Source: Gemmatimonadales bacterium
GTDB taxonomy: Bacteria; Gemmatimonadota; Gemmatimonadetes; Gemmatimonadales; GWC2-71-9
Reading direction: 5' to 3'
NCBI GenBank assembly: GCA_965249575.1
Contig: OZ252244.1
Span: 768,001 to 832,000, forward strand
Length of the DNA: 64,000 nucleotides
The notes below the pieces were generated by a model. It saw nothing but the letters and a program-made list of their open reading frames with translations. It did no database searches and was not told the origin of the DNA. The translations under genes and the position numbers were made by a program. Each line of letters opens with the position of its first letter. The first letter of the stretch is position 1. Shown here piece by piece: positions 61,492 to 64,000 of the stretch.

Positions 61492-62403
61492 CTAGCCCTT
61501 CGGCATCAAGGTCGTGTCGGCCGGCGCGACTTCGTCCGCAACCCAGACCCCCGTGCGATAGATGGTCTCCTCCTTCCGTTCGCGAACGAAATAGCCGGTC
61601 GACGTCGAGTCAAACACCAAATCGGTGAGCGTATCGCCCGCCGGGCCGCGGAGGACGACGCGAATGTCGGGCCGCCGAAAGTCCGCGGAATCGGCCTGCT
61701 CAGGTGTGGCGAATCCAGTTGCATTCAGCGGGTTGAACCGGTTCAGCAACCGCCTGACGGCAGCGGTATCGAGAGGACTGTCGTTCGCGAATTGCCACAC
61801 TCCATCTTTCCGCACCAGCGTGTAGCCACCCCGTCGCCTCGTGATGTCGACCTGTGCGACGTTCTCGGGAGTGATGGTTGCCATCCGGGGATCGCGCCAG
61901 TCGTCTACGCTTCGATCGAGGTACCCGGCGAGTCTCGCCGGGTGGAGAAAGACCCGATTGTCTCCGGGACGACGAACGAACGAGCTGACGTAGTCCCGTC
62001 CCCGCCCCCCGATGATGAGGTCCACCATGGTCGCTCCGCCGCCGACGATGCGGAGGAATTTCCCGGAGGCACTATCGACGCCCATACGGGAGTGAAGCTC
62101 CGGATTCTCAGCCGCGAGCGTCGGCGGCGCCTGGGTCGTCGTCGTCTTGAAGAAATCCTCGATGAGGTTCGGGGACGCCCGGAATCCGTTGACGGTCCAA
62201 CCGCCGTCGGGTGCCCTTGCCAGCCGCACCGTCCCTTCGGCGTTGGATAGTTGCACCGAATCGACGTCTGCCTGGGTGAATGTCGGCAGGACCGGATCGC
62301 CGCTGGTGTCGTCGCTTCCGCGGCTCAGCAGCTCGGAGGCACCCCACAGGAGGACCACGACCCCGAGCACGATTGCGACGTTCCGCAACTGTTTTGGACT
62401 CAT
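61492..62403 (-). CDS. DUF4340-like membrane-anchored protein
   Basis: N-terminal TM, an internally repeated beta-rich domain with DDWRD, and position after a GldG-like gene. Confidence 0.75.
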   Translation of the reverse strand: MSPKQLRNVAIVLGVVVLLWGASELLSRGSDDTSGDPVLPTFTQADVDSVQLSNAEGTVRLARAPDGGWTVNGFRASPNLIEDFFKTTTTQAPPTLAAENPELHSRMGVDSASGKFLRIVGGGATMVDLIIGGRGRDYVSSFVRRPGDNRVFLHPARLAGYLDRSVDDWRDPRMATITPENVAQVDITRRRGGYTLVRKDGVWQFANDSPLDTAAVRRLLNRFNPLNATGFATPEQADSADFRRPDIRVVLRGPAGDTLTDLVFDSTSTGYFVRERKEETIYRTGVWVADEVAPADTTLMPKG

Positions 62404-64000
62404 GCGGCCCCCGCCCCCGCCCCCGCCGCGGCCGGCTGCGGTACCGGAGACCGACTTCGATACGTCTTTCTGGTGAGCTGCCGCCGCCGCCAGAGTCTGA
62501 CGACCGCGATGAGCATGAGCGCCAGCGGCACGCCGATGACGTTGGCGTACTTCACGACGTCCTGAACGGTGTCACTAGAGAAGGAGAGCCGCGGCGGCGT
62601 GCGGTCCTTCGCTCTAATGCTGATGAGCGAAACGTCTTGAGCCATCCAGTCCACCGCGTTCATCACAAAGGTGTGATTCTCGGGAGCGCTCCGCGCGAAC
62701 CGGTCACCGGCGAAATCGGCGCTCCCCACGACGACCAGTCGGCCGGTCGGCCGGTCCCCGGCCACACTGTCGGTGGCGAACGGATTGACCATCACCGCGA
62801 GCAGCTTCGTCCCCAAGCTGTCCTCGCGCCATTCCCTCATTGGATGAAGCTGTGCCTGAATCACGTCGACCCCACCGGCGCGGCTCGTCGTGAACAGGGA
62901 AGTCACGGTTCCCGGTACGGCACCCGCCGTGTCGATGGTGCTGGCGAATGGGAGGAAGATCCCGTCGAGCGCTTGGTTGACGACACTCGTCTGCGTACTC
63001 GGCGCCCGGACCCAGTGTGGATAGCCCACGATGGCCTGCCCGAACTGGGTTGGAATCGGGACCCGCTCATTCGAGCCCAGGTCGTAGGCCATATCGGATC
63101 GAATCATCACGCCATACGGCTGAAGAACGTCGTTCAGCTGGAGCGGCAACGGAACCGCGAACGATCCCTGCTGGGAGGGCGTCATGCCCGTCGCCATGAC
63201 CAGCAGGCTTCCTCCCCGCCGGAGGTAAGCGGCAAGGCGGTCTTTCTGCGCGTCGGGCAGTGAATCCGGGGTTCCGTTGATGATCAGCACTTGCACGTCG
63301 GCGGCGGGCTGCGAGTCGTTCGGAAACGTGATCTCTCGCACTTCATACGTCTGCTGCAGCTGAGTCAGCAGCCCCTGGAACTGCCTGCCGAGGGCGCGGT
63401 CCCGCTGGGAGGAGGTGAAGGCGACCACCGGGCGCTCGGTCCTGGTGAGCTCGCGTATGTGCGTCGACAGCCGATACTCCAGGTCGTCGGTACGTTGAAC
63501 GACCGGGATCAGTTTATTCCCGTCGGCATACTGGATCGCCAAACCCAGATAACCCTGTTTGAGCTGCAGCTCGCCCCGGCCAACGACGTTGAACTGCACG
63601 GCCGGCACGCCTAGCGTTTGCGCTTCGGCCCGAGCCGTCGAGTCCTCGCTGGGATCGCTCCACACCAGCCGCACTTTGTCCTCGCCGGCGGCGCGATAAT
63701 CCCGCAGCAGGTCGTCGAGGTCCCGCTGCACCAGTGCCACCTCTGGGGGCAGCTCTTTGGTGGAAAACACCTTGATCGTCACGAAGTCGGGCAGGGTAGC
63801 CAGCAGGTCTTTGGTCGCGTCTGAGAGGGTATAGGCCTTGCCGGGTGTGAGGTCCAGCCGTCCCCCGATATGGCGGCCGAAGAGATTCAGCACGACCAGC
63901 GCCGCGACGGTGAGGGTCGTCCCCAAGCGTAGCCGTTTGATGGCGTCTCCCTTGGGAGCCAGCTTGCGGGCCATGAGCGCCTGGTAGCCCAGCATGAGGA
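62400..64000 (-). CDS. GldG-like ABC auxiliary protein, 5' end outside the window
   Basis: RLDLT..KAYTLSDATK, YLGLAIQY, LEYRL, RLVVVGSADF, NAVDWMAQD..LISIRAK and a C-terminal TM. Confidence 0.88.
   Translation of the reverse strand, partial: LMLGYQALMARKLAPKGDAIKRLRLGTTLTVAALVVLNLFGRHIGGRLDLTPGKAYTLSDATKDLLATLPDFVTIKVFSTKELPPEVALVQRDLDDLLRDYRAAGEDKVRLVWSDPSEDSTARAEAQTLGVPAVQFNVVGRGELQLKQGYLGLAIQYADGNKLIPVVQRTDDLEYRLSTHIRELTRTERPVVAFTSSQRDRALGRQFQGLLTQLQQTYEVREITFPNDSQPAADVQVLIINGTPDSLPDAQKDRLAAYLRRGGSLLVMATGMTPSQQGSFAVPLPLQLNDVLQPYGVMIRSDMAYDLGSNERVPIPTQFGQAIVGYPHWVRAPSTQTSVVNQALDGIFLPFASTIDTAGAVPGTVTSLFTTSRAGGVDVIQAQLHPMREWREDSLGTKLLAVMVNPFATDSVAGDRPTGRLVVVGSADFAGDRFARSAPENHTFVMNAVDWMAQDVSLISIRAKDRTPPRLSFSSDTVQDVVKYANVIGVPLALMLIAVVRLWRRRQLTRKTYRSRSPVPQPAAAGAGAGAA

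Overview
This is a GC-rich bacterial window, most likely Gemmatimonadota; that assignment is inferred from the RpoB/RpoC sequence style and gene content, not from a database search. About 30 kb (3568-33844, minus strand) is the core translation/transcription supercluster: tRNA Thr-Tyr-Gly-Thr, tuf, rpmG, secE, nusG, rplKAJL, rpoBC, rpsLG-fusA-tuf, the S10 and spc blocks, secY, adk and map. The cluster stops at map with no infA or alpha operon. To its left lie a partial pilT, trpS, suhB and a damaged ftcD. To its right lie an operon encoding a small Sec-signal, four-cysteine peptide plus an ABC system behind a G-tract, a variant phage-shock locus (2-3 PspB-like genes, pspA, AI-2E transporter, ECF-type promoters), uvrA, a cutA-TPR-macrodomain-membrane operon with lesions, ccmE/F/H, glpK, mtnA, an enoyl-CoA hydratase, ogt, recF-DUF721-gyrB, an acyl-CoA ligase, a family-5 UDG, a YcnI-like gene and a Gld-like ABC module. 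No CRISPR array, rRNA or mobile element was seen. The best candidates for something undescribed are the Cys-hairpin peptide/ABC operon, the attenuator-like leader before recF-gyrB, the C-depleted codon usage of the two identical tuf copies, the Psp variant and the structured rpsG-fusA spacer. Several accessory genes carry frameshifts or deletions that may be assembly errors.
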